From: a virus
DNA: 64,000 nt
Virus record (IMG/VR): IMGVR_UViG_3300028831_000229
Coordinates: 1-64,000 of that record
Reading direction: 5' to 3' (one strand)
Positions within the stretch are counted from its first letter, which is position 1, and each line of letters begins with the position of its first letter. A model generated the notes under the pieces. It was not told the DNA's origin. It saw only the letters and a program-made list of their open reading frames with translations, and made no database searches. Shown one piece after another: positions 56,032-64,000 of this stretch. Both the position numbers and the translations under genes were made by a program.

Positions 56032-56490
56032 ATGACGACCCCAATCAGTGACGAGCGCGCGCAGAAGATGACCGAGGAATACCAGCAGCTGATGGCGATT
56101 GCCGTCAAGCAGCTGGACGAGCACAAGGTGTGGTTGAAGGACCGCATCGCGGCGCTCACCAGCATGACGAGTTTCGACCGGGCGACGCTCGCGTACCAGG
56201 TCGACCGCATCGAGCTGGAGACCGTCTACGCCGAGCCCAACGTGACGCAGCTCCTATACGAGGACGGCGTGCTCGTGCCGAAGAAGACGATGTCGCTCGT
56301 CTGGCAGTACCCGGACGAGCTGATCGCGTTCCTCACGAGCGACCTCGCAACCGAGGAGCTGCGCAACACGCTGGACGGCGCCAACTTCCACAGCGAAGAA
56401 GACCAGCCGGCGTTCCACCTCAAGAAGGCCACGGACGCCGAAGTCCAGGCGGAAGCCGAGAAGGCGCGGGCTCAACGAGACACACCGTGA
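56032..56490 (+). CDS. Hypothetical protein
   Basis: AGGAG RBS. Confidence 0.55.
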   Translation: MTTPISDERAQKMTEEYQQLMAIAVKQLDEHKVWLKDRIAALTSMTSFDRATLAYQVDRIELETVYAEPNVTQLLYEDGVLVPKKTMSLVWQYPDELIAFLTSDLATEELRNTLDGANFHSEEDQPAFHLKKATDAEVQAEAEKARAQRDTP

Positions 56491-57119
56491 GTGACCTCGA
56501 TGACATGCGGCGTGAGATGGCCGCGCTCAGTGGCAAGAGCGGGAAGAAGCGCTTGCCGAGCGAGCGCGTGCCTGACACGTCGCTCGCCAAGATGAACCGT
56601 CGCCAAGCACGTCGGCGCTCCAAGGCCAAGGGCAGCAGCAACGAGCGTGTCGTGGCCAAGATGTTCGAGGCGTGGTGCGGCTGGAAGGTGAAGCGCACCC
56701 CGCAGAGCGGTGGCTGGTCGACCGCGGCGTTCGGCGTGACCGGCGACCTGGTCTGCGAGGACAAGCGCTTCCCGTTCCACGTCGAGTGCAAGAAGCGCGA
56801 GGACTGGCAGCTGGACGACCTGGTCACCGGCGTGCGCGTGAAGGACGAGCGATCCATCCTCGAGTGGTGGAAGCAGACGATCCGCACGTGCCCGAAGAAC
56901 AAGGAGCCGCTCCTCGTCTTCACGCGGAACAACAAGGCGCAGCTGGTGATGGTGCGCTCGTTCTGGTTCTCGGATTTCCGCGATCCGGACGCCAACGAGG
57001 TCCCCAAGTTCGTCATCACCTTGCAAGACCTGCCAGTTCCCGATACCGTGAGCATCATGCGGCTGGACCTGTTCCTTGCTGCACTACCGCCGCCGAAGCG
57101 GAAGGAGAAGAGGAAGTGA
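56487..57119 (+). CDS. Holliday junction resolvase (PD-(D/E)xK)
   Basis: SKAKGSSNER, RTPQSGG, GDLV, VECKKRE, EWWKQ, PLLVF. Confidence 0.85.
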   Translation: MSDLDDMRREMAALSGKSGKKRLPSERVPDTSLAKMNRRQARRRSKAKGSSNERVVAKMFEAWCGWKVKRTPQSGGWSTAAFGVTGDLVCEDKRFPFHVECKKREDWQLDDLVTGVRVKDERSILEWWKQTIRTCPKNKEPLLVFTRNNKAQLVMVRSFWFSDFRDPDANEVPKFVITLQDLPVPDTVSIMRLDLFLAALPPPKRKEKRK

Positions 57120-57469
57120 AGAGACCACGCAACATCGACTTCGTCTGCCCGGACTGCGACCACCGCGAGACGCGACTCGTCGAGACCAACGACGATGGGA
57201 CCGTCATCGAGGAGCAGCACTGCGAGCAAGCGATCACCAACACGGACGACGTCTGCGAGCTGCCGTGCGGCGCCACCTGTGGCGGTGTCATGGTGGCTCA
57301 GGAGTACGGCGTCGGAGGCTACTCGCAGACCATCAACAAGAACAACGCCGACTTCGCCGAGAGGCAGCGCGAGCGCCTCGAGAAGCGCTCATGGGAGCAC
57401 TGGCAGAAGAAGGGCAGAGACGAGGCCGTCGATCGGCAGCGCGCTCTGGAGAAGAAATACGGAGCCTGA
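57116..57469 (+). CDS. FmdB-like zinc-ribbon protein
   Basis: DFVCPDCDHRE..CGATCGGVM. Confidence 0.55.
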   Translation: MKRPRNIDFVCPDCDHRETRLVETNDDGTVIEEQHCEQAITNTDDVCELPCGATCGGVMVAQEYGVGGYSQTINKNNADFAERQRERLEKRSWEHWQKKGRDEAVDRQRALEKKYGA

Positions 57470-57518
57470 CGTGCCTGCAACCCCAATCCGTCTGAAGTTC
57501 AACGACGAGGAGAAGACG

Positions 57519-57803
57519 ATGCCCCGTCTCAAGCGAGAAGAGCAGATCGAGCTGCTCAGGAACCTGGCCACCACGATGGTGAAGTCCGTGGCCGAGAAGC
57601 CCGAGGAGGTGGTCGTCCGCATGGTCGACACGCAGCACAACCTCGTGTTCGAGATCTGCGTCGCGTCCAGTGACATGGGCCTCGTGCTCGGCCGTGACGG
57701 CTGCACCGCGGAGTCGATGCGCGACGTCATGTACGTCGCGTGCAAGAAGACCGACTTCAAGATCACGCTGGACATCGTGACCAAGGACAAGCGCGGTGGC
57801 TAG
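57519..57803 (+). CDS. khpA: KhpA (YlqC/UPF0109)-like KH-domain RNA-binding protein
   Basis: VKSVAEKPEEVVV..FEICVASSDMGLVLGRDGCTAESMR..ITLDIV follows the KhpA pattern over its full length. Confidence 0.8.
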   Translation: MPRLKREEQIELLRNLATTMVKSVAEKPEEVVVRMVDTQHNLVFEICVASSDMGLVLGRDGCTAESMRDVMYVACKKTDFKITLDIVTKDKRGG

Positions 57804-58047
57804 CCTGTGTCCCGGCTGCCTCCGGGACGACTGCGACGGATGCACTGCCTTGCAGGACGTGCGTACCAAATGCGATCACCCCGAGCACCGGCGCGGCACG
57901 CGCGGTGGTCTTGGTGCGAACCAGGAGGTCTGCATGAACTGCGGGGAGACCGTGCTCAAGCGACGCTCGAAGTGAGCACGACGCGCTGAGGCCGCTCGTG
58001 CACAACGAGTGAGCACAGCGCGGTATGTGCATGCACAGCGGGTCGAG

Positions 58048-58086
58048 GCTGGCGTGCTGGCATTCCGTCGACGCCAGCACGCCAGC
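58048..58086. repeat. Perfect 14-bp inverted repeat upstream of the terminase cluster
   Basis: GCTGGCGTGCTGGC, 11 nt loop, GCCAGCACGCCAGC. Confidence 0.8.
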
Positions 58087-58130
58087 TTGCAGTGGTTGCC
58101 TTGTGCACCGCGGCGCGTTACAGTGCGCAC

Positions 58131-58382
58131 ATGCCGGGCATCAGGCGGCGCACAGTCAGAAAACCAGCTGCCATGGCCAGGGCACGCTGGTATGCCGCGC
58201 GGGGTTACCCGCACAGTTTCATCGCGGCCAAGGTCGGCGTCACACGCAACACGGTGCGGAAGTGGTGCGTCAAGTACGAGGCCAGGCGCTCACTTGACAG
58301 GCTGGTTGCACGCATCATGGGCTTGTCGGAGACGCAGCGGCGTGCGTTGATGGATCGCATCACCACGAGGACCGCGTCATGA
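58131..58382 (+). CDS. Small HTH protein
   Basis: IAAKVGVTRNTVRKWC; ATGA-coupled to the terminase small subunit; start 58131 or 58173. Confidence 0.55.
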   Translation: MPGIRRRTVRKPAAMARARWYAARGYPHSFIAAKVGVTRNTVRKWCVKYEARRSLDRLVARIMGLSETQRRALMDRITTRTAS

Positions 58383-59173
58383 ACAAGAAGCCCGTCGACC
58401 TCATCAAGGCAGACGCCAAGCTGCGCGAGATCAAGAAGCGCAAGCCCAAGGTCGCCGCTGCCAAGGAGACACCACCGCCGCTCGCGTTGCCGGCCGCCGC
58501 GACACCAGCCGTGGCATCGCCAGCAGCCGAAGAGACCGCGGCTCAGGAAGATGAAGCTTGGGCCTGGACACCGGAGCGCGAGAAGGCAGTGCAACAGGTG
58601 GTTGCTGGCATTCCCAAGACGCAGATCGCGGACAAGCTCGGCGTCCACCGCAACACGGTCAACAACTGGTGCAAGCACCCAGAGTTCGTGGCACGCGTGC
58701 GAGAGCTGACCGATGACCGCGTCAACACCACGCGCCAGCGCCGACACGTGGAGACGCAGCTCTTCACGGACAAGATCGCCAAGGCCGCGCACACGATGCT
58801 CGATGTCGCGATCAAGAACCCGAAGGACGGCACCGCTGTCCGCGCTGCGCGCGAGTGGCTCGGTGAGTACCGCTCCTTCCGTGCGGAAGAGCGCATCGAC
58901 ACGGGTGACAACGTCGCGCACGTGAAGCACGAGCACGAAGGCTCGGTCAACCACAGCCACACGCTCAGCACGAAGTCCTTCAAGGGGTTCATGCAGGAGG
59001 CGCTCGGCAGCAACATCATCGACGCCGAGTGCATCGAGGCGAACGACGTGCACGGCATCATCCTCCAGGCGACGCAGCAAGCGCTCGTGGAGGGGACGCT
59101 GCTGGACGACCTCGCGGAGGAAGAGCGCCACCTCAAGCTGGACGCGCACACGCAGGTGGAGAAGAAGCCGTGA
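58379..59173 (+). CDS. Putative terminase small subunit (HTH)
   Basis: KTQIADKLGVHRNTVNNWCKHPEF; coupled to the large subunit. Confidence 0.7.
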   Translation: MNKKPVDLIKADAKLREIKKRKPKVAAAKETPPPLALPAAATPAVASPAAEETAAQEDEAWAWTPEREKAVQQVVAGIPKTQIADKLGVHRNTVNNWCKHPEFVARVRELTDDRVNTTRQRRHVETQLFTDKIAKAAHTMLDVAIKNPKDGTAVRAAREWLGEYRSFRAEERIDTGDNVAHVKHEHEGSVNHSHTLSTKSFKGFMQEALGSNIIDAECIEANDVHGIILQATQQALVEGTLLDDLAEEERHLKLDAHTQVEKKP

Positions 59174-60933
59174 TTACGCGCGCACAACTCGAGGAGACCA
59201 TCCGGCGCATGCCCGATGCGCCGGTCGGCGTGGTGCTCGAAGAGCTGAGCCGCCAGGACCCGGTGCTGTGGTGCATGTTCTACCGCCGGCTGCGTGGCCA
59301 TCCGCTGACGTTCGACAACAGCAGGCAGCTCACGGAGGCCGCGCTTGAGCAGACCAAGCGCGAGATCCGCGACCCGGAGAAGTACAAGCGCGAGGTGCAG
59401 TCGCGTTTGCTGCGCCATCGACCGTTCATCATGCAGCCGATGAGCGACACGCACCCGTGGAAGGTCTACGAAAAGGCGCGGCAGATCGGCATCAGCGAGA
59501 CCTCCATCAGCGAGGTCATCCACTTCCTGTGGACCAACCCGACCACGAAGTGGATCTACACGTTCCCTCGCGACACGCAGCTCCGCGACTTCAGCACCAC
59601 GCGCATCGCCGAGGCGTTCGCCGAGACGCCGCGCATGCGCTCGCTGCTCGGCACGCCGAACCAGATCTACACCAAGAAAATCGGCGAGGCGTACCTCATC
59701 CTGCGCTCAGCCTGGGAGAGCAACCTCGGTGAGGGCATCGACGCCGACGGTGTGACCCTGGACGAGAAGGACCGCATGAAGGAAGGCGTCGAGGTCGCCT
59801 TCCGCGAGTCGATGAAGTCCTCCAAGTTCGGCTTCCTGCGCGAGGTCAGCACGCCGACGCTCCCTGGTCGTGGCGTGGACGCGAGCTTCAAGGAGAGCGA
59901 CCAGCAGTGCTGGCTCGTGCGCTGCGTGAAGTGCAGGCTGGAGCAGGAGATCGCCTGGCCGGACAACATCCACCAGGAGCTGGACTACCCGCTCGGCACC
60001 AAGGAGCTGCCGGATGGTGCGTACGAGTACCGCTGCCGGCGCTCGAAGTGCCAAGGCTTGCTCGACCGCGTGCACGGTCGCTGGGTACCGCGGTTCCCCG
60101 ACAAGAAGAACATCCGCGGCTACCACATGCCGCAGACGATCGCGCCGTGGATCACCGCGACGCGCCTGATGCAGAACAAGATCGACTACAAGTTCATCCA
60201 GCTCTGGACGAACTACTGCCTGGGGCTGCCGGCGATCAGCAACGACGTGCTACTCAGCGATGCCGACTACGACGCAGCGTGCGCGGGTCACCAGCTCGTC
60301 CTGCGCCGCACGCGCGACTGGCACAACATCTCGGTCGGCATCGACTGGGGCCACCTCAACTGGGTGGTCGTCATCGCGCAGAGCACGCATAACAACCTCT
60401 TCTACCTGCTCAACCTCGGTGTGTTCGAGGACAACTACTCGCAGGAGCTGGAGAGCGTCAAGGACATCGAGAAGTTCATCGCGCCCTACGAGCCTGACCG
60501 CATCATCGCGGATGCCGGCTTCGGCAAGGACCGCAACGCGTACCTGATGCGGAAGTTCTCGCCGCGTGGTCTCGGCCGGTTCTACAGCTGCCAGTACAAC
60601 CCGTCGACCAAGCACAGCCGCACCTTCCAGCCGGTGTGGTCGGCGCCTGACCAGGGACGTCTGCTGGTCGACCGCACCATGAGCATCAAGACGGTGTGCC
60701 GCGCAGTGAAGGAGCGCGAGTTCGGCATCCCTGACCTTGGCTTGGAGAAGACGCAGCTCTGGAAGCGTCACTTCAAGAACCTCGCGCCGCTGCGTGTGGA
60801 AGAAGAGGGAGAGATCGTCGAGGACATCAGCCACACCGGCGATGACCACCTGGTGCACGCCACGGTCTACGCGTGGCTCGGCATCGAGCACATCACGAAA
60901 GGCGGACGGTTCTCGTTCGACTTCCTGGGATGA
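59170..60933 (+). CDS. Terminase large subunit (GpA-like)
   Basis: KARQIGISE, YTFP, LDEKD, STPT, SDQ, CxxC, VGIDWG, IIADAG, DDHLVHA. Confidence 0.9.
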   Translation: MITRAQLEETIRRMPDAPVGVVLEELSRQDPVLWCMFYRRLRGHPLTFDNSRQLTEAALEQTKREIRDPEKYKREVQSRLLRHRPFIMQPMSDTHPWKVYEKARQIGISETSISEVIHFLWTNPTTKWIYTFPRDTQLRDFSTTRIAEAFAETPRMRSLLGTPNQIYTKKIGEAYLILRSAWESNLGEGIDADGVTLDEKDRMKEGVEVAFRESMKSSKFGFLREVSTPTLPGRGVDASFKESDQQCWLVRCVKCRLEQEIAWPDNIHQELDYPLGTKELPDGAYEYRCRRSKCQGLLDRVHGRWVPRFPDKKNIRGYHMPQTIAPWITATRLMQNKIDYKFIQLWTNYCLGLPAISNDVLLSDADYDAACAGHQLVLRRTRDWHNISVGIDWGHLNWVVVIAQSTHNNLFYLLNLGVFEDNYSQELESVKDIEKFIAPYEPDRIIADAGFGKDRNAYLMRKFSPRGLGRFYSCQYNPSTKHSRTFQPVWSAPDQGRLLVDRTMSIKTVCRAVKEREFGIPDLGLEKTQLWKRHFKNLAPLRVEEEGEIVEDISHTGDDHLVHATVYAWLGIEHITKGGRFSFDFLG

Positions 60934-60958
60934 GCAGCACACAGAAAGAACAGGCGTC

Positions 60959-61183
60959 ATGGCACTTGTTGTCGAGCTTGGCAGGCAGAGGCAGCGCAGG
61001 ACCACGAGCGATCAGATGCTCGCGGAGTGCGCGACGGTGGCGTGCAGGGACTGCCGAGCGGTCCTGGTCGAGATGCAAGACGCCGTGCACCACGGGATCG
61101 ACACGGACGGTTGGTGGCGTGCGCAATTCAAGCTGGCTCGCGAGAGCGTGAGCGCAGGACACCATGTCCACCTCCAACCTTGA
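60959..61183 (+). CDS. Hypothetical protein
   Basis: Most plausible frame in this gap. Confidence 0.35.
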   Translation: MALVVELGRQRQRRTTSDQMLAECATVACRDCRAVLVEMQDAVHHGIDTDGWWRAQFKLARESVSAGHHVHLQP

Positions 61184-61487
61184 CTGCACCAAGTGCGGTG
61201 CCTGCTGCTGGGTGAAGCACTGGTCGCACGGCTACACGCCGCTGACCGACTTCGACCTCACCAACGTCCCTGGCACGTTGGTCGTGGAGCGCCAGTATGG
61301 ACGCGTAAAGCTCCGCGTGCTCCAAGACAAGCCGCGACACGGTGGCTTCGCGTGCATCGCGCTCGCCGGTCGCATCGGCCAGCGTGTCAGCTGCTCCATC
61401 TACGAGCAGCGCCCTCAGTTCTGTCGAGAGTTCAAGCCGGGCTCGCCTGCCTGCCTCAAGGCCAGGCGCAGAGCCGGCGTAAGCTGA
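61164..61487 (+). CDS. YkgJ-like CxxCxxCC metal-binding protein
   Basis: DCTKCGACC..CIAL..CSIYEQRPQFCREF. Confidence 0.85.
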   Translation: MSTSNLDCTKCGACCWVKHWSHGYTPLTDFDLTNVPGTLVVERQYGRVKLRVLQDKPRHGGFACIALAGRIGQRVSCSIYEQRPQFCREFKPGSPACLKARRRAGVS

Positions 61488-61509
61488 CCACCAGCAAGGA
61501 GAAGAGAAG

Positions 61510-62010
61510 ATGAGCGTATGCAGGATGGATGACTCGCCGTGGTGCACGCCGGGCACGTGCAAGGACTGCGATGCGGCACGAGGTGAGCCCACCAAAGAGG
61601 TGACGAGGATGAGCGTCACGCACGTGGCAGTCACGCCGCGTGGTCTGGAGCTTGGCGGCTACGTCAAGAGCGAGCGCTTGGTGCCTCGCATGCACAACCA
61701 ACAGGGAGACAAGCAGATGGCGACCTTCGGTGAAGTGGAACCAGTGATCAAGACCGAGCACGACATCGAGAAGGCGATCGAGATGGTCACGGCGCTCACG
61801 CGCAACCTGCTCTCGCTGCCCGCCGACATCGAGGTCGGCGTGCACATCCGACCGCACTACCGGCAGTACATCGCGACCGTGGAGGTCGCCGGGTTCGTGC
61901 TGGTGCAGAAGCACGCACGCATGAGCCTGGCGATCGAGGCGCTGCTCAGCGACCTCAGCGACCGCGTGCACAAGCGCATCGCGGAAGCTCAGGCCCTGCT
62001 CAGCAAGTAG
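61510..62010 (+). CDS. Hypothetical protein
   Basis: Purine-rich leader; start uncertain. Confidence 0.5.
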   Translation: MSVCRMDDSPWCTPGTCKDCDAARGEPTKEVTRMSVTHVAVTPRGLELGGYVKSERLVPRMHNQQGDKQMATFGEVEPVIKTEHDIEKAIEMVTALTRNLLSLPADIEVGVHIRPHYRQYIATVEVAGFVLVQKHARMSLAIEALLSDLSDRVHKRIAEAQALLSK

Positions 62011-62048
62011 CCACGGCTACAACGAGAAGACGAGAAGACGAGAAGAGG

Positions 62049-62447
62049 ATGAAGAGGAAGCCGCCCTGCACGCCGCACAGCGTGCACAAGAGCCGGCGCC
62101 TGGAGCGTGTCGTCCAAGAGCTGAGCAAGCCACAGTCGCTTGAGCCGCTTGACGAAGCCGTGCGCCAACGCATCGCCGCTCTGGCTCCGAGAGCATGGAC
62201 ACGTCCCTGGTTCGAGCAGGTGATCGAGGCGTGCATCGGTCGCAACAAGCTGCTCGCGTGGGACGTGGACACGGTGATCGACAGGAAGGCTGTGAGCACG
62301 GTGACCGTGCATCTGACCTTCTGGCCAGACGTGGTCAACACGATGTACGCCGATCACCTGGCTCACGTGTTCGAGCTGGAGTGCTGGCCCTACAAACCAG
62401 CTGGCACGCTCTTCCGCGTGCGAGTCCACAAGGCCCCAACATCATGA
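62049..62447 (+). CDS. Hypothetical protein
   Basis: (ACGAGAAG)3 leader. Confidence 0.5.
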   Translation: MKRKPPCTPHSVHKSRRLERVVQELSKPQSLEPLDEAVRQRIAALAPRAWTRPWFEQVIEACIGRNKLLAWDVDTVIDRKAVSTVTVHLTFWPDVVNTMYADHLAHVFELECWPYKPAGTLFRVRVHKAPTS

Positions 62448-62839
62448 GCAAGCAACTCGAACTGAGAGGTAGCACGCACCGCGAGACGGCTCGTGCGTGG
62501 TGGCGCGTGATGCACCAACGCGACTACCCGACGATCTGCGAGGTCTGTCAGGATCCGATCGGTGACGCGCTCTACCAGCGCACGCGGTTCGGCGCGTACA
62601 TCTTCCCTGTGGAGGAGCCAGGCGTGCTCTTGGAGTACGTCTGCAAGCGCTGCTACGACTGCAACTACGGCTGGCTCTACGAGGTGCGCTGCAAGGAGTG
62701 CGGGTCCGTGCACACGCGCAACCAGAAGTGCGACGGGCCGTACACGTGCTCGCACCACTGCGACACGTGCAAGCGCAACACGCTGCACGAGCGGACCGAC
62801 GTGCACATGGCTGACACAACCAAGGATGACCGTCCATGA
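62444..62839 (+). CDS. Multi-CxxC Zn-finger protein
   Basis: CEVC, CKRC, CKEC, CDTC..TLH. Confidence 0.55.
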   Translation: MSKQLELRGSTHRETARAWWRVMHQRDYPTICEVCQDPIGDALYQRTRFGAYIFPVEEPGVLLEYVCKRCYDCNYGWLYEVRCKECGSVHTRNQKCDGPYTCSHHCDTCKRNTLHERTDVHMADTTKDDRP

Positions 62840-63387
62840 AGTACCTCAACTTGGAGCACAGCAAGAAAAGAAAGACAGCGCTTGGTTTGGATGACCCGTC
62901 AATCGTCCGTGCAGCAGCCGAAGCCAGGGTTGCTGGTCGACGAGCGCGTGCCAAGACGCGTGGTGAACATTGCGAATGCGGCTACGTGAGTAGCGGCTCG
63001 TTCCTGCGGTGTCGTTGGTGCACTGAGAGTGGCATGCGCTATCTGCCCCGCTATGTGCCAGGTGCGTTGCAATGCTGGAGCCTCCACAAGAAAGGTGACA
63101 AGTGGTACCGATGTGAGCGTGCCGACGGTCACGAGGCGCAGCACAGCTGGGGGTCTGTGCTCAGTTGGAGCGTCGGCGATCAGCGCGTGCGGGTAGTCTG
63201 CGGCGTGTGCAAGACCGACGTGATCACCGTACGCAACGGTGACGACGATCCGCCGTGGTACGTCCGCTGTCCGATCTGCAACGAGGGACGGCAGACCGGA
63301 CCTGTGGCCAGCCGATGCACGATGCAGCTGATGCCACCGCCTGATGACCTGCAACCGTTCGCCAGCGGCCCGAAGGAGGCCACATGA
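62836..63387 (+). CDS. Cys-rich hypothetical protein
   Basis: ATGA coupling; several Cys pairs. Confidence 0.45.
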   Translation: MKYLNLEHSKKRKTALGLDDPSIVRAAAEARVAGRRARAKTRGEHCECGYVSSGSFLRCRWCTESGMRYLPRYVPGALQCWSLHKKGDKWYRCERADGHEAQHSWGSVLSWSVGDQRVRVVCGVCKTDVITVRNGDDDPPWYVRCPICNEGRQTGPVASRCTMQLMPPPDDLQPFASGPKEAT

Positions 63388-63893
63388 GACGTCGCAACCT
63401 GGAACTCCAGCACAGCAAGAAGCGCCAGCCGCCACGCGAGCCCTCAGAGTTCGACGGCATCGATCGCTCGGTTGCCCCGGCTGGTCAGTGGCTCACAGGA
63501 CCACTCGGCGTGAGTGCTGACGAGGAGACGACCTCCAACTGGACGCACAAGGACGAGGCGTTCTTCATCAACCCCAAGCAGCTCGAGAAGCTGATCAAGA
63601 TGATGGAGGACGAGAAGCCCAAGAGCCGTGTCCTGGCGCCAGGCGCGCTCACCTTCATCGCCAAGCCGCGCGCCGCGCCGAGCCGCTTCAACCTGCGCTG
63701 GGACAACCTGCTGCTCAAGCCGCTGGTGCCGATGCCGAGCATCCTCACGCTCGAGGTCAGCGAGAAGGAGACGCTCGACCGGATGCAGCGCTACCTGAAC
63801 TTCCCCGCCAACGACCACGTGGACGCGCTCAAGCACGCCATGGAGAGCGTCCGCCGCGGGGCTTTGCTTGACCTCATCAAGGAGAAGCTCTGA
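63384..63893 (+). CDS. Hypothetical protein
   Basis: ATGA coupling, GGAGG RBS. Confidence 0.5.
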   Translation: MRRRNLELQHSKKRQPPREPSEFDGIDRSVAPAGQWLTGPLGVSADEETTSNWTHKDEAFFINPKQLEKLIKMMEDEKPKSRVLAPGALTFIAKPRAAPSRFNLRWDNLLLKPLVPMPSILTLEVSEKETLDRMQRYLNFPANDHVDALKHAMESVRRGALLDLIKEKL

Positions 63894-64000
63894 TGTCGAA
63901 GAAGCCTCCACTGCTCACCGGCAGCAAGCACAAGCGTCCGCTCACGGTGACGCAGCCCAACGCGCTGCTTAGCGAGTTCGCCGACAAGCTCAACGACCTG
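63893..64000 (+). CDS. Hypothetical protein, truncated by window end
   Basis: TGATG coupling, AAGGAG RBS. Confidence 0.45.
   Translation, partial: MSKKPPLLTGSKHKRPLTVTQPNALLSEFADKLNDL

Noticed and set aside
1-64000. tRNA, rRNA, integrase, endolysin or alternative genetic code
   Set aside because: None recognised by eye; genes end normally at TAA, TAG and TGA with tight coupling, which argues against stop-codon reassignment

Overview
A 64-kb stretch of a large, high-GC, contractile-tailed (myovirus-type) dsDNA phage genome. Essentially all credible genes lie on the + strand, and many are coupled by ATGA/GTGA overlaps. Gene order: baseplate and tail-fibre module (1-15.8 kb); replication module (SF2 helicase, DnaB-like helicase, class II B12-dependent RNR, primase; 15.9-23 kb); accessory genes (serpin-like protein, stand-alone receiver domain, lipoprotein); CobS/CobT-like AAA+/VWA pair; family A DNA polymerase, UvsY-like, gp32-like SSB, RecA, second VWA protein, SbcD/SbcC, Dam-like MTase, beta-helix lipoprotein, Holliday junction resolvase, KhpA-like KH protein; then terminase small and large subunits (58.4-60.9 kb) and small hypotheticals. 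The layout recalls SPO1/Twort-like phages, while the accessory genes hint at a myxobacterial-type host (inference). The most unusual observations are a 67-aa stand-alone gene resembling the active-site segment of DNA Pol I (with other possible fragments of core phage proteins in accessory ORFs), a compact serpin-like protein, a phage KhpA with an altered GxxG loop alongside recurring purine-only GAGAAG leaders, and a family of palindromic intergenic elements. All assignments come from motif recognition by eye; no searches or computations were run.
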